DNA of 64,000 nucleotides from an uncultured delta proteobacterium (GTDB taxonomy: Bacteria > Myxococcota_A > Polyangia > Polyangiales > Polyangiaceae), in assembly GCA_963841435.1 (NCBI GenBank), contig CAWJCS010000002.1:992001-1056000 (forward strand), read 5' to 3'. Positions 10,870-20,843 of the stretch are shown here, piece after piece. The notes below the pieces were generated by a model that was not told where the DNA came from, searched no databases, and saw only the letters and a program-made list of their open reading frames with translations. The translations under genes and the position numbers were made by a program. Each line of letters starts with the position of its first letter. The stretch's first letter is position 1.

Positions 10870-12633
10870 TTGTATCCCCATGTGAGATACCTCCTGGCGG
10901 GCGCGGTGCTCTTGGGCGCGGGCGCTTTTTCGCTCCCGGCGGCGGCCTGGGTCGAGATGAACCCGAAGGCCCTCGTGTCCACCGTCGAGGTCGAGCCGGA
11001 CGGGCACGCGACCGTCACCGAGGCTCTGACCCTCGACTTGCGCGGAGGCCCCCTTCGCAGGATCGAGCTATTCGTCGCCGACACCGATGCGGAGCCGGTC
11101 GGCGACGCGACCGTGCGCAAGCTCCCCTCGGGAGCCCCGCTCGAGCTCCTCGTCGAACGGCGCGCCGACGGCGCTCTCGTGCTCGAGGTGAACGGGGACA
11201 AGGGGTTGCGCACCGGCAGCTACTTCTTCTCGCTCCGCTACCGTACCGATCTCGCCGCGGCACGCGTGCTCCGGCCCGAGGGTGAGGGGTTCGACCTCGC
11301 GTGGGTCGGGCCCCGCCTCGAAGGCGGCATGGACGGCGTGCGAACCATCTTCCGTGTGCCGTCGGCGGACCTGCCGCCGCGCCTTCCCGACGCCACGCCC
11401 GACAATCCGGCGAGCGCCTTCGGCGTCCTCGTCGCCGCCGTTCGCAACACGCCGGGCGGCGACGAGATCGAGCTCGTGCGCTCGCACGTCGCGAGCGGCG
11501 AGCCGCCGCTCTGGCGCGTGCGGCTGAGTGGACGAGCGTTCCCGGCGCTCGTCGCCAAGGCCGCGCCCGTGGCGGCGCCGGAGCTTGCGCCGCGCAGGGT
11601 GTCGCCCGTGGTGCGCTCGCCGCGCTGGCTCCTTGCCTCGCTCGCCGTCGGGCTCGTCTACGCCCTCTTCGTGCTCTTCAAAGCGCGTGAGCAGCGTCGG
11701 GCGTCGGAGCGCTCGGGCGCCACGTTGCCGCCGCTCGTGCGCTGGCCGCTCTGGTTGCGCTCGCCGCTCGCGGGTCTCGCCGGCGGCCTTGCGTTGTTCG
11801 CGGGCGCAGAGCTCGAGCTTCCCGCCGCCGTCGGCGTCGCGCTCGCGGTGGCGCTCGCGCTCGGGGCGAGCGGTGCTCCGGTGCGGCCCGTCCGCCCGCG
11901 CGGTCCCGGTCGTTGGCTTCTTTTCCAAGACGACGACGCCTTCGCGCGTCCCGAGAACATGGTGCCTCCGCCGTGGCTCGACTCCGGCTCCGCGCGTGGC
12001 TTCCTGCTGTTCGCGACGCTCATGGTCGTTGTGCTCGTCTTTTCCCAGCGCGAGCTCGCGAGCGCGCCGTATCGAGCGCTCCTGTTCGCGCTGCTCGGCG
12101 CCTTGCCGTTCCCCATCTTCTTCACGGGACGCGCGAGCGAGCTCTCGATCGACCGCGTCGCGTTCGCCCGTCGCTTCCTTCGGAAGCTCGCCTTCGGCCT
12201 CCGCCGACGGGGGCTCAAAGCCGTCCCGTGGGCGCGCGTGCCGGAAGGTCGCGCAGCCCCCGACGAGCTTCGCGTCCTCGTGAAGCCGCGTGACGCCATC
12301 GAAGGGCTCGTCGCTCTCGAAGTGGCGCTCGAGGGGCAGCCGGGCATGGGTGGGCTCGGCCGGGCCCCGTACGTCATCGTGCGCGTGCGAGAGGGCTCCC
12401 GCGCCGAGCGGGCGCTGCCGCCCGGTATGACCTTCGGTCGCGGGAGAAAGCCCGAGGAGCGCATCGCGATCCTGAGCCCGCCGCTGCCGACGCTCGGTCT
12501 CACGCTCGAGCTCGTCGAGGGCCTGGTGGACCGTCTCGCCGCTCAGCCGCCCAAGAGCTCGCTGAGGTCGTCGGGCAGGTCCGCCGCGACCGCGAAGCTT
12601 CGCACGGTGGCGTCGCCCGCCCACGCGACGTAG
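10870..12633 (+). CDS. Hypothetical membrane protein (signal peptide, DUF2207-like N-terminal domain, several TMs)
   Basis: Signal peptide ending AAA-W, 'VEVEPDGHATVTE' motif and about 5 hydrophobic segments. The 3' end overlaps the convergent RluA-family gene. Confidence 0.6.
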   Translation: MYPHVRYLLAGAVLLGAGAFSLPAAAWVEMNPKALVSTVEVEPDGHATVTEALTLDLRGGPLRRIELFVADTDAEPVGDATVRKLPSGAPLELLVERRADGALVLEVNGDKGLRTGSYFFSLRYRTDLAAARVLRPEGEGFDLAWVGPRLEGGMDGVRTIFRVPSADLPPRLPDATPDNPASAFGVLVAAVRNTPGGDEIELVRSHVASGEPPLWRVRLSGRAFPALVAKAAPVAAPELAPRRVSPVVRSPRWLLASLAVGLVYALFVLFKAREQRRASERSGATLPPLVRWPLWLRSPLAGLAGGLALFAGAELELPAAVGVALAVALALGASGAPVRPVRPRGPGRWLLFQDDDAFARPENMVPPPWLDSGSARGFLLFATLMVVVLVFSQRELASAPYRALLFALLGALPFPIFFTGRASELSIDRVAFARRFLRKLAFGLRRRGLKAVPWARVPEGRAAPDELRVLVKPRDAIEGLVALEVALEGQPGMGGLGRAPYVIVRVREGSRAERALPPGMTFGRGRKPEERIAILSPPLPTLGLTLELVEGLVDRLAAQPPKSSLRSSGRSAATAKLRTVASPAHAT

Positions 12634-13457
12634 CTCGCGTGCAGCGCGTGGCGCGGCCCGCCTCCGGGAAACGGCGTGCCCCCGTAGAGCGTGTCGCCGA
12701 CGAGCGGTGCCCCGAGCGCGGCGAGATGCGCGCGGACCTGGTGGCGGAAGGCTCGTCCGACCTCGAGCTCGACGAGGCTCTTTTCCCCGTGGCGCTCGAG
12801 AACGCGGTAGCGCGTGAGCGCCTCGTGAAAGTAGCCGCGGGGCGGCGTGGGGTAGGCCGCGACGCGGCCGCGCTTCTTGGGATCGGGCGCGAGCGGCCAG
12901 TCGATCGTCCCTTCGTCGGGCAGCGCGCCGGCGACCACGGCGAGATAACGCTTCACGAGGCGCTCCGCGTCGAGCGCCCGGGAGAGTGCCGCGAAGGCCG
13001 GTGCCGTGCGGGCCGCGACGAGGAGCCCCGAGGTGTGGGTGTCGAGGCGGTGCAACAGGCCCGGCTCGCGCTCGCGGTGACCGATGCCGAGCATGCTCGG
13101 GTAGCGGGCGACGAGCGCATTCGCGAGCGTGCCGCGCTCGCCGGGTCCGAGCGGCGCGCTCGCCTGGCCGGGCGGCTTGTGCACCACGACCACTTGATCG
13201 AGCTCGAGGCGCACGTCGAGTGGCAAGTCGGGCTCGGGCACGACGGCCTCGGCCTCGCGTTCGACCGACACCTCGGTTCCGGCCACCGCGGGCGCGCCCG
13301 GCCGGACGGGCCGCCCGGCGACGGTGACCTGGCCTTCGGCGAACAGCTCGCGGGCGCGCTTGCGGCCGAGCCCGGGCACGCGTTTGACGACGAGACGGTC
13401 GAGGCGCTCTCCGGCCTCGCCCGCGGCGACGACGAAAGCGAGCCGTGCGGCCGTCAA
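12543..13457 (-). CDS. RluA/RluD family RNA pseudouridine synthase
   Basis: S4-like ERLDRLV...GRKRARELF, then VVHKPPG, GLLHRLDTHTSGLL, KRYLAVV, GRAFRHQVRAHLAALGAPLVGDTLYG, HALHA. TTG start overlaps the upstream TGA. Confidence 0.93.
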   Translation of the reverse strand: MTAARLAFVVAAGEAGERLDRLVVKRVPGLGRKRARELFAEGQVTVAGRPVRPGAPAVAGTEVSVEREAEAVVPEPDLPLDVRLELDQVVVVHKPPGQASAPLGPGERGTLANALVARYPSMLGIGHREREPGLLHRLDTHTSGLLVAARTAPAFAALSRALDAERLVKRYLAVVAGALPDEGTIDWPLAPDPKKRGRVAAYPTPPRGYFHEALTRYRVLERHGEKSLVELEVGRAFRHQVRAHLAALGAPLVGDTLYGGTPFPGGGPRHALHASYVAWAGDATVRSFAVAADLPDDLSELLGG

Positions 13458-14741
13458 AAGCGCCCGACCACCCCGAGGTCCACCGACGTGTGCGAGCCGC
13501 CGGGCGCGACCGTGACGTACGGCAAGATGTCGAGGCTGCCCGTAGGATTCGGTGGATCGTCGCTCGTCGCAAGCCATCCGATCACCCCGCCCGCGACCGC
13601 ACCCGCCCCGGCGCTCGCGAGCCAGAGCCGCGTGCGCGTCGCGTTCGATTCGTCGACGAGCAAGAGCGGGCTCGCGAGCGCTGCACCCGACAGGCCGCCC
13701 AGGCTCGTTGCCAGGTCGAGCAGCATCACGCGCGACGCCGAAAGGTTCGACGGCCGTGGCGGTCGCGCCGAGCGTGAGCACGCCCGCGAGCGACCCCCAG
13801 CCGAGCCCGCGCACGACAGAGCCGCCCGTGTCGCCGTGGTAGGCCATCTCCGTCATGGCCCCGAACAGCGCACCGAACGCGCCGCCCGAGTGCGTGAGCA
13901 CGGCGTCGCCCTCGGTGATGGGCTGGGTGGCAACGGAGACCGTCGCGAGCCCGACGCCGCCCAGCGCCGCGAGGAAGCTGTACGCGTAGCGGTTTTGCGA
14001 CGAGACGCCGTAACCGTCGGTGAGCGCGAGGCCCGCGACGCCTGGCCAGAGCGCGCCTGCCGCGAGGTACCAGGCGTCGCCGTAGCCGACGTTCCACTCG
14101 TCGGCGACGAGCAGCGACGCGCCGAGGCCGAGCCCGGCCCCGAGCGCCACGAGCGGGTACACGATCCGCGTGTCCTTCGAGCCGCTCGTGCGCTGGATCG
14201 AGAAGCCGAAGTAGCCACCGAGCACGACCGAGGTGAGCGCCAGCACGGGCCGGCCCGAGGAGGGTGGGGCGGTCGGCGCCGGGGGCACCCCCGCCGCTTG
14301 CTCGCGCACTGGCTCGCGCCGCGCGGCGCGTCCCGCGTCGACCACGTCACGCAACATCACGGCGGCGCGCACTTCGAGCGCCGAGTCGTCGGAGAGCGGC
14401 ACGCGCTCGTCCCGCACGAGCTTGACGCGCGATCCTGGGGCGACCGCGGTCACCCAAACGTGCAGCGCCGTCGCCTCGACGGACAACCGCGCCGAGAGGC
14501 GCCATTCGCCCCCGAGCAGCTCGCGGGCTCCGCCCAGCTCGGGCGTCTCGCGGTAGAGCGAGAGACCGAGGTCGGTGATGGTCTCGCGGAGCGTCGAGTC
14601 GACGATCGCCGCGGCGTGCCGCGCACGCTCGTCGGTCGCCGTCGCCGCGGCCACTACGCGGCCCGGTGACGTCTCGACTTCGGTGGGGGAAAGGCTGGCG
14701 TCGTCGCCGGCGGCGAGCGCAGGACCGGAGACGAGCGTCAT
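13454..14741 (-). CDS. Hypothetical exported/membrane protein with a 1-bp frameshift at ~13746
   Basis: Gly/Ala-rich TM-like segments continue in ORF 13454..13729 after removing one base, ending GVVGRF. The start is uncertain. Confidence 0.6.
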
Positions 14742-14860
14742 GCCGGCGAGGAGCCCGGCGAAAATCAGCGCGCGGGCGAGCCGACGCGCGGTGTCGCTCC
14801 GACACCCGCCGACCCGGGGAGCGTGACGTTTTCGTCCGGCGCGTCGGGGGGAAAGCCCGC

Positions 14861-16426
14861 TCAGAACATCACGGTCGCGCTGATCCAAGCGTCGAACCCG
14901 TTCGAGTCGTCGACCTTGAAGCGGCGTCCAGGGTCATTGATGGTCTTCCGGAAGTTCGGGTTCGGAATGCCCGTGGCGACGAAGGTGTTCTCTGCCGGAT
15001 TGGTGCGGCAGGGGCCCGAGGCCGCGAGGTTGTTGTTGAAGTCCGGGTTGCAGGCCTGATCGAAGCTGAGAAAGTGCCCCTGGACCAGCATGTACGAGCC
15101 ACCGACGTTGAACTTCACGAACTCTCCGGCCTGATACGTGGCCTGAACGCCGAACGTGTAGATGCCGTGCTGCTGGGTATCGGTGAGGCCCGTGTAGTAG
15201 ACCTTCTGCGACGCCGGATCGACGACGGACGGATGGTTCCCAACGTCGCTCGTCACGGGATTCGCGTGGTAGTCGGAAAACTGCGGGAACCTGATGCTCG
15301 GTGCGTCACTCGAGCCGAGCGCGTCGAAGAGCTCGTTGTAGTCGCGCCCCTCGGAGACGTATTCGCCCGTGAAGCGCCCGTCGATCGTGAGCCGCTGGAA
15401 CGCGTCGCGAATTTCCCAAGGGATGACGGCGATCCCGACCGTCATCTTGCCGCGTAGCGGCGGGTGGTTCACGAGCGAGCCCTGAAGATCGGTCGCCTGA
15501 AAATCGCTCGAGCTCGTCGGGAACTCGAACAGCACGTCGAACCCGCCGTACGGCTCGATGTACTTCACGCGCCGGGAAAGGAAGGTGTGAAAGGCGAGGC
15601 CCGTCGTGCCGCGGCTCACGCCCGGCTTGCGCTGGCCGCTCGGCCCCTCGTCGAGCTGCAGGCCCGTGTCGTTGTCGCGGTAGTCGGCCTCGCTGCCGTT
15701 GCCGTCGCGATCGATGTCGTGCGGGTAGGCGCACTGGACCTGGCTCGACTGGACGTTGAGCGCCGCCGGGCTCTTGTTACAGGCGTGCATCGGCTCGGAA
15801 ACGTCGATTCGCACCTCCCCTCCGAGCATCCAGGTCGGCTTCGTGGGGTTGCGGGCTTGGTTCATGGGACCGAAGTCCATGCCGAGCGCGAGATATTCGA
15901 TGCCGCTACGGGTCGGTGATTTGAAGGGCAGCGCGAACAGCTGCTCCCCCGGGTTTCCGACGAGTGTCGTTGACGGCAGGGTGCCGCCGTTCTGCTCGAG
16001 CTGGCGGTCGTCGGAGAGAATCACGGGAAGCCTGACGACGATGGCGATGTCCTTGTACACGCCGATGTCCGCGCGCGTGAGCAGACGCGAGGTCTTCTGC
16101 GAGTAGTTGGCGACGTTGAGGTTCGAGCTCGTGAAGCCACCGCGCGTGAGGCCCGGCTGCAAGATCGAGCTCTCGCGGTAGATCTTCGAGTTGCGCCACG
16201 AGTGTTCGTACCCGAGCGACAGGTGCAGGTCGAACACGTCGTCGTCGTCGAACGCGTCGGCAACCTGAACGATCTCGGTTGGCTCGCGAAGGACGTTCGG
16301 CTCGCTCGCCTTTTTGGGCTCGTCGGCCGAGGCCTTGGAGCTCACCAGACCCTGCGCCAAGCAGAAAAGAACGAGCACAGGGGCGGCGAGGCCCAGCCTT
16401 CGGGGTGTCGATGAAGTGGTACCCAT
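14861..16426 (-). CDS. Putative outer-membrane beta-barrel protein
   Basis: Signal peptide, alternating amphipathic strands, Cys pairs in loops, C-terminal ...AWISATVMF (terminal Phe), strong codon bias. Confidence 0.65.
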   Translation of the reverse strand: MGTTSSTPRRLGLAAPVLVLFCLAQGLVSSKASADEPKKASEPNVLREPTEIVQVADAFDDDDVFDLHLSLGYEHSWRNSKIYRESSILQPGLTRGGFTSSNLNVANYSQKTSRLLTRADIGVYKDIAIVVRLPVILSDDRQLEQNGGTLPSTTLVGNPGEQLFALPFKSPTRSGIEYLALGMDFGPMNQARNPTKPTWMLGGEVRIDVSEPMHACNKSPAALNVQSSQVQCAYPHDIDRDGNGSEADYRDNDTGLQLDEGPSGQRKPGVSRGTTGLAFHTFLSRRVKYIEPYGGFDVLFEFPTSSSDFQATDLQGSLVNHPPLRGKMTVGIAVIPWEIRDAFQRLTIDGRFTGEYVSEGRDYNELFDALGSSDAPSIRFPQFSDYHANPVTSDVGNHPSVVDPASQKVYYTGLTDTQQHGIYTFGVQATYQAGEFVKFNVGGSYMLVQGHFLSFDQACNPDFNNNLAASGPCRTNPAENTFVATGIPNPNFRKTINDPGRRFKVDDSNGFDAWISATVMF

Positions 16427-16445
16427 GCAGCGGCCCGTCGTGCGG

Positions 16446-16475
16446 ACGCTACTTTCGCCCGGCTGAAACTGTCAA
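16446..16475 (-). promoter_or_regulatory. Candidate sigma70-like promoter for the OM barrel gene
   Basis: TTGACA-18-TAGCGT, ending ~20 nt before the ATG at 16426. Confidence 0.3.
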
Positions 16476-16482
16476 CGGAACA

Positions 16483-17406
16483 TCACTTTTCCGCATGCGG
16501 CGGCGCGCTCCCTCGCGGGTCCGCGCCGTCGATCCGGGCTTCGAGCTCGGCCCAGAGGCGGGATTGTGGAGGCCCCTCGAGGCGCCCGGTCGCGGCTTCC
16601 GCACGGGCGCACGCGAGCCGTGCCGCCTTTCGCGCCCGCAGGCGCTCGACGGCCCACGCGCCGAGTGGCGCCCGGCCGGCGTCGGCCGGGCCTGCGGCCC
16701 GCCCGCCGTCCGGGGCGGCTGCCGCGAGCGCCGCGAAGCAGCGCTCGGCCAGGGCCCGGGGGTCGACCTCGCCCTCGACCTTCAGGCGGCCGGACGGACC
16801 GCCGAGCTCTTCCTTCGTCTTGGGCTCGCCGTCCGCGCGACCGCCGAAGGCGACCGTGCCGTGCGAGACGGCGAGCGTGAGCCCCCTGTCGGTCACGTCG
16901 AGCTTGAGTGCGGCGTCGCCGTAGTGCGCGACGCCGAACGGCGTTGCGAGCGTCACCTCGGCTCCTGCTCGCGCGCCGGGGCCCGCAACGGTGACGACGG
17001 TGCCGCTCGTGACGAGCACCGCTTCCTCGCCGTTCGGACAGGGACGAAAACGCCCGGGGCCCGACAGCGTGAGCTCGCGCAGCGTGGCGCTGTGCTTGAC
17101 CTTGAGTGAGGTGCCGGCGGAAAGGTCGACGAAGCGCGAGCCGTCGAGCAGGTCTCCCTTGCGAGGTGACGCCGCGTCGCCTCCCGTGGCTTCGAGCACC
17201 CGGCAACCAACCGGTTGCGGGCGCGGACGGCCCGACGCCGACGCGAGCCGCGGCAGCGCGGAAGTGGCGCTCGGCGCGGCGCTCTTCGCGTCGGTCGGCT
17301 GCGGCGCGCGGGAGCGGCATCCGAGGGCGGACACGAGCACGAGCGACACGGCGCCGAGCGGCGATCGAGCCCGTTTCCGGGCTCGTTTTGGAACGGAGCG
17401 CTGCAT
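16483..17406 (-). CDS. Hypothetical lipoprotein with FecR-like beta domain
   Basis: Lipobox SALGC; 'VTLATPFG...LTLAVSHGTVAF' resembles FecR-domain strands. Confidence 0.5.
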   Translation of the reverse strand: MQRSVPKRARKRARSPLGAVSLVLVSALGCRSRAPQPTDAKSAAPSATSALPRLASASGRPRPQPVGCRVLEATGGDAASPRKGDLLDGSRFVDLSAGTSLKVKHSATLRELTLSGPGRFRPCPNGEEAVLVTSGTVVTVAGPGARAGAEVTLATPFGVAHYGDAALKLDVTDRGLTLAVSHGTVAFGGRADGEPKTKEELGGPSGRLKVEGEVDPRALAERCFAALAAAAPDGGRAAGPADAGRAPLGAWAVERLRARKAARLACARAEAATGRLEGPPQSRLWAELEARIDGADPRGSAPPHAEK

Positions 17407-17454
17407 TGCCGGCCGACGGGTCGGATGCCGGTCGCCTCGATCAACCAAAACCCT

Positions 17455-18795
17455 TCATTCTCCGTCAACCGGCATGATGAGGGTCTTCCGATCGCTCTCG
17501 TCCTCGTCCTCGAAAATCTCGGCGGTGATGTCCTCGGCGGCGAGCTCTTCCTTGGCGTTGCCGAGCTCGCGGCTCGTGTCGGCGAGCCGGTCGGCGAGAA
17601 CACCCAAGAACTGCCAGAGCAGCTTCACGGCAAGCTGGTGCTCCTTGCGCAGGATCTCGAAAAATTCGGTCCGCCGGATCACCATGAGCTCGCTCGCGCC
17701 GTCGCTCACGACCGTCGCCGAGCGTGGCTGGCTGCGGACCAGGGCCATCTCACCGACGTGATCGCCCGGCTTGAGCGTCGCGAGATCGGCGCCGCCGCGG
17801 GTCACCTTCACCACGCCGCTTAGCACGATGAAAAGCTCCTCGCCGGTTTCGCCTTCGTTGATGACGCGCTCGCCATTCTTGAAGGACACGACGTCGGTCA
17901 CTTGCAACACGCGCAGGATCTCGCGGTCGTTGAGCGGACGGAAGAGCGGCATGCGCGCGAGCGTCTCGCGTTTGAGGGCGAGCTGCTTGGCGCGCGTGGC
18001 GTCACGGGCGGTGACGTCGCCGACCGTGACGAGGACGGCGGTGATGTTGTCCTTGCCGCCCTGTTCGTTGGCGGCGTTGATCAGGCTTTTTGCCGCCTGA
18101 TCGGCGTCCGGCGTCTGCAGGTGGCGGCCGAGCGATTCGAGGTCTTCCTCGAAATAGCCGCAGAGACCGTCGGAGCAGAGCAGGAAGCGGTCGCCGGCGA
18201 CGAGATCGAGGACGAGCGTATCCGGCTCGACGTGCTCGTAGACGCCCACGGCACGCGTGATGGCGTTCTTCTGAGCGATCTGCTCGACCTGCTCTTTGGA
18301 CATCTTGCGCTTCTTGATGAGCTCGTTCCTCACCGTGTGGTCTTCGGTGAGTTGCTCGAGCACGCCGTCGCGCAGGAGGTAGATGCGGCTGTCGCCGACG
18401 TAGATCATGAACGCCTGGGTGCCGACCACGAGCAGAGCGACCAGCGTGGTTCCCATGCCGCGCTTGTCGGTGTCCTTCGCGGCTTCGGCGTGGACGCGGC
18501 TCGACGCGCGGTTCACCGCGAACTCGAGCATGTTCAGGACGTCGCGCTTGCTGACGCGCGCGCCGCCCGTGCCGCCGGTCAGGTAGTCGCGGACGAGCTC
18601 GGCCTCGCGCTTGATCTCTTCGTGCAGGGTGCGCACCGCGAGCGCGCTCGCCACCTCACCCGCGGCGTGGCCCCCCATGCCGTCGCACACGACGAACAGC
18701 CCGAGCTTCTTGTCGACGAGGAAGTTGTCCTCGTTGTGCTCGCGCTGGCGGCCCACGTCGGTCAGCGCGGCAAACTGGATTTCGGGGGTGTTCAT
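17455..18795 (-). CDS. PP2C-family Ser/Thr phosphatase fused to a C-terminal cyclic-nucleotide-binding domain
   Basis: PP2C motifs TDVGRQREHNED, VCDGMGGHAAGEVAS, GMGTT, VGDSRIY, LLCSDGL, GGKDNIT; cNMP motifs INEGETGEELFIVLSG, GEMALVRSQPRSATV. Confidence 0.93.
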   Translation of the reverse strand: MNTPEIQFAALTDVGRQREHNEDNFLVDKKLGLFVVCDGMGGHAAGEVASALAVRTLHEEIKREAELVRDYLTGGTGGARVSKRDVLNMLEFAVNRASSRVHAEAAKDTDKRGMGTTLVALLVVGTQAFMIYVGDSRIYLLRDGVLEQLTEDHTVRNELIKKRKMSKEQVEQIAQKNAITRAVGVYEHVEPDTLVLDLVAGDRFLLCSDGLCGYFEEDLESLGRHLQTPDADQAAKSLINAANEQGGKDNITAVLVTVGDVTARDATRAKQLALKRETLARMPLFRPLNDREILRVLQVTDVVSFKNGERVINEGETGEELFIVLSGVVKVTRGGADLATLKPGDHVGEMALVRSQPRSATVVSDGASELMVIRRTEFFEILRKEHQLAVKLLWQFLGVLADRLADTSRELGNAKEELAAEDITAEIFEDEDESDRKTLIMPVDGE

Positions 18796-18965
18796 CCAGC
18801 GACCCAGGATAGCCAGGATGCGGCGCGCCTCCAAGCCGGGCGACGGGGCACAAATCATGCGGGTCACGGCCCGGCATCGGTCGCTCCGCCCTCCCAGTTT
18901 CGCCGTTCCCGCCGTGTGCCGCGGCCCGTAGGGACGCCCGGCGTGGTGGGCCCCTCGGGGGCGGG

Positions 18966-19620
18966 TCACCCGAGGGCGCCCTCCTGGTAGAGCGAGCTTG
19001 CGCCCCCGCGGGCGACGATCACGTGGTCGAGCAGGGTGAGGCCCACGACCTGACACGCCGCGGCGAGCGCGCGCGTCATGCTCACGTCCTCGGCGCTCGG
19101 GCGCGGGTCACCGCTCGGGTGGTTGTGCAGCATGAGGATGGCGCTCGCCGCATCGCGCAGGGCAGGGCCGAGCACGTCGCGCGTCGCCAGAGCGCAACCA
19201 TGCTGCCCGCCCTGCGCGATGCGCCGCGCCGCCTTCAGGCCGTTCTGCCCGTCGAGCGAGAAGAGCCACACTTCCTCGTGGTCGAGGCCGGCGAGCCGCG
19301 GGCGCGCCCAGTTCGACGACGTCCTCGAAGGACGTGAGCGCGAGCCTTCGCACGAGCCCGCCGAGCGTCGCGCGGCGACCGAGCTCGAGCGCCGCTCCGA
19401 GGCGGGTTGCCTTGGCGGGACCGAGCCCGCGTCGCGCCGCGAGGCCGTGCATGCCCGTGCGCGCCAGGCCTTCCAGACCGCCCACCGCCTCGAGCAGCGC
19501 GCTCGCCACGCGCGAGGCTGGCTCGCCCGCGGTGCCCGTGCCGAGCACGAGCTCGACGAGCTCCGCGTCGCTCAGCGAGGCGAGATCGAAGCGCAGCGCG
19601 CGTTCTCGGAGGTCGAGCAT
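18966..19620 (-). CDS. radC: RadC/JAB-domain protein with a 1-bp frameshift at ~19312
   Basis: N-terminal LRERAL...LSDAELVELVLGTG...GLGPAKATRLGAALELGRR; after frame correction DHEEVW...HNHPSGDPRPSAED...LLDHVIV. Confidence 0.9.
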
Positions 19621-19633
19621 GCGCCGGGCGTCT

Positions 19634-19649
19634 TGCAGCGCGTGTGCCA
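19634..19649 (-). promoter_or_regulatory. Sigma54 (-24/-12) promoter candidate for radC
   Basis: TGGCAC-ACGCG-CTGCA matches TGGCAC-N5-TTGCW with exact GG/GC spacing. Confidence 0.65.
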
Positions 19650-19722
19650 GGCGCTCGGGCGCCGCGACCCCGTGGGTGGCGGCCCCGGTGGCCACCGTTC
19701 GGCGCCCCGGCGGCCGGGCGCG

Positions 19723-20466
19723 TCACTCGCGGCGCACGAGCGTGCCCGGGGGCAGGGCTTGGGCGAAGGTGTCGGCCGCGAGCGCCACGCGAGCCGCGTC
19801 GCGGCCGTCGAAGGTGACCTTCGTGCGGTAGCTCGGCTCGAACCAACGCGGATACGAGCCCACGTCGACGTCCGCGAACTCGGCGACGACGCGATCGATG
19901 AGTGGCTTGAGCTCCGCCTCGTCGACCCTCGTGTAGACGGCGTGAGCCTCGAAGGCGCTCGGCCCCGCGACCCAGTGGCGCACGGTCGCGAGCTTTTCCC
20001 GGAACACTTCCGGCACGCCCGGCAACATCCAGACGTTGCCCATCACGGGCGTCGGCCAGGCCCCGTCGGGTGACGGCGCGAGCGTCGCGCCCTTCGGGAC
20101 GAGCGCCATCCTGAGGTGCGCGTCGGTCGTGCGCGGCCCGTAGGCGCGGTGGATGAGCCCGGCGATCGTCGGGTCCTCGACGGGCTGGCTGTCGAAGGCG
20201 CGTGCCACGGCCTCGATGGTGAGGTCGTCGTGCGTGGGGCCGACCCCGCCGCTCGTGAAGACGACGTCGTGGCAGGCTTTGAGCGCTCTGATCTCGGCTT
20301 CCAGCACGTCCAGCGAGTCCGGGAGCATGACGGCGCGTACGAGTCGCACGCCGAGCGCCCGCAGCGTGCGCGCGAGCTCGCAGAGGTTCTCCTCCTTGAC
20401 CTTGCCGCTCAGGAGCTCGGCCCCGACGAGCACGACCGCGGCGGTCTCGCAGACGACACGCTCCAT
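19723..20466 (-). CDS. CinA-like molybdopterin-binding (MoCF) domain protein
   Basis: Motifs VLVGAELLSGKVKEEN, TSGGVGPTHDDLT, MLPGVP, VGSYP. No C-terminal PncC domain. Confidence 0.88.
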   Translation of the reverse strand: MERVVCETAAVVLVGAELLSGKVKEENLCELARTLRALGVRLVRAVMLPDSLDVLEAEIRALKACHDVVFTSGGVGPTHDDLTIEAVARAFDSQPVEDPTIAGLIHRAYGPRTTDAHLRMALVPKGATLAPSPDGAWPTPVMGNVWMLPGVPEVFREKLATVRHWVAGPSAFEAHAVYTRVDEAELKPLIDRVVAEFADVDVGSYPRWFEPSYRTKVTFDGRDAARVALAADTFAQALPPGTLVRRE

Positions 20467-20467
20467 C

Positions 20468-20752
20468 TCAGTCGGACTCGAGCTCGCGAGTGACCGGCTC
20501 GCCGTTTTCGTCGATACGGATCAGCTCTTCGACGCGCTTCTCGGCGGCGTCGAGACGCTCCTGGGCCCGCCGCGCGAGGCGGATGCCCTCCTCGAACAAC
20601 GACAGCGACTCCTCGAGCCCGAGGTTGCCGTTTTCGAGGCGCTCGACCACCTCGGAGAGGCGCACGAGCTCGGTCTCGAACGAGGCCTCCGAGCCCTCCG
20701 GCAGAGCTTTGGTCCCCGCTTCGGGGCTCGTGCGTCGGGGTTTCGCGGGCAC
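20468..20752 (-). CDS. xseB: Exodeoxyribonuclease VII small subunit
   Basis: SFETELVRLSEVVERLENGNLGLEESLSLFEEGIRLARRAQERLDAAEKRVEEL. Confidence 0.93.
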   Translation of the reverse strand: MPAKPRRTSPEAGTKALPEGSEASFETELVRLSEVVERLENGNLGLEESLSLFEEGIRLARRAQERLDAAEKRVEELIRIDENGEPVTRELESD

Positions 20753-20843
20753 GGCGCGAGCGTCCCCGTGCTTTCATCGCGACGCAAGCCCGACGCTCGC
20801 CCGGGCGGCGACTCGGCGGGCTGCGCGCCTTCAAAAGGCCGGC

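Noticed and set aside
12543-14888. Apparent membrane protein-RluA fusion (781 aa)
   Set aside because: Produced by the 1-bp frameshift at ~13746. The upstream gene ends at 13454 and RluA starts at the overlapping TTG.
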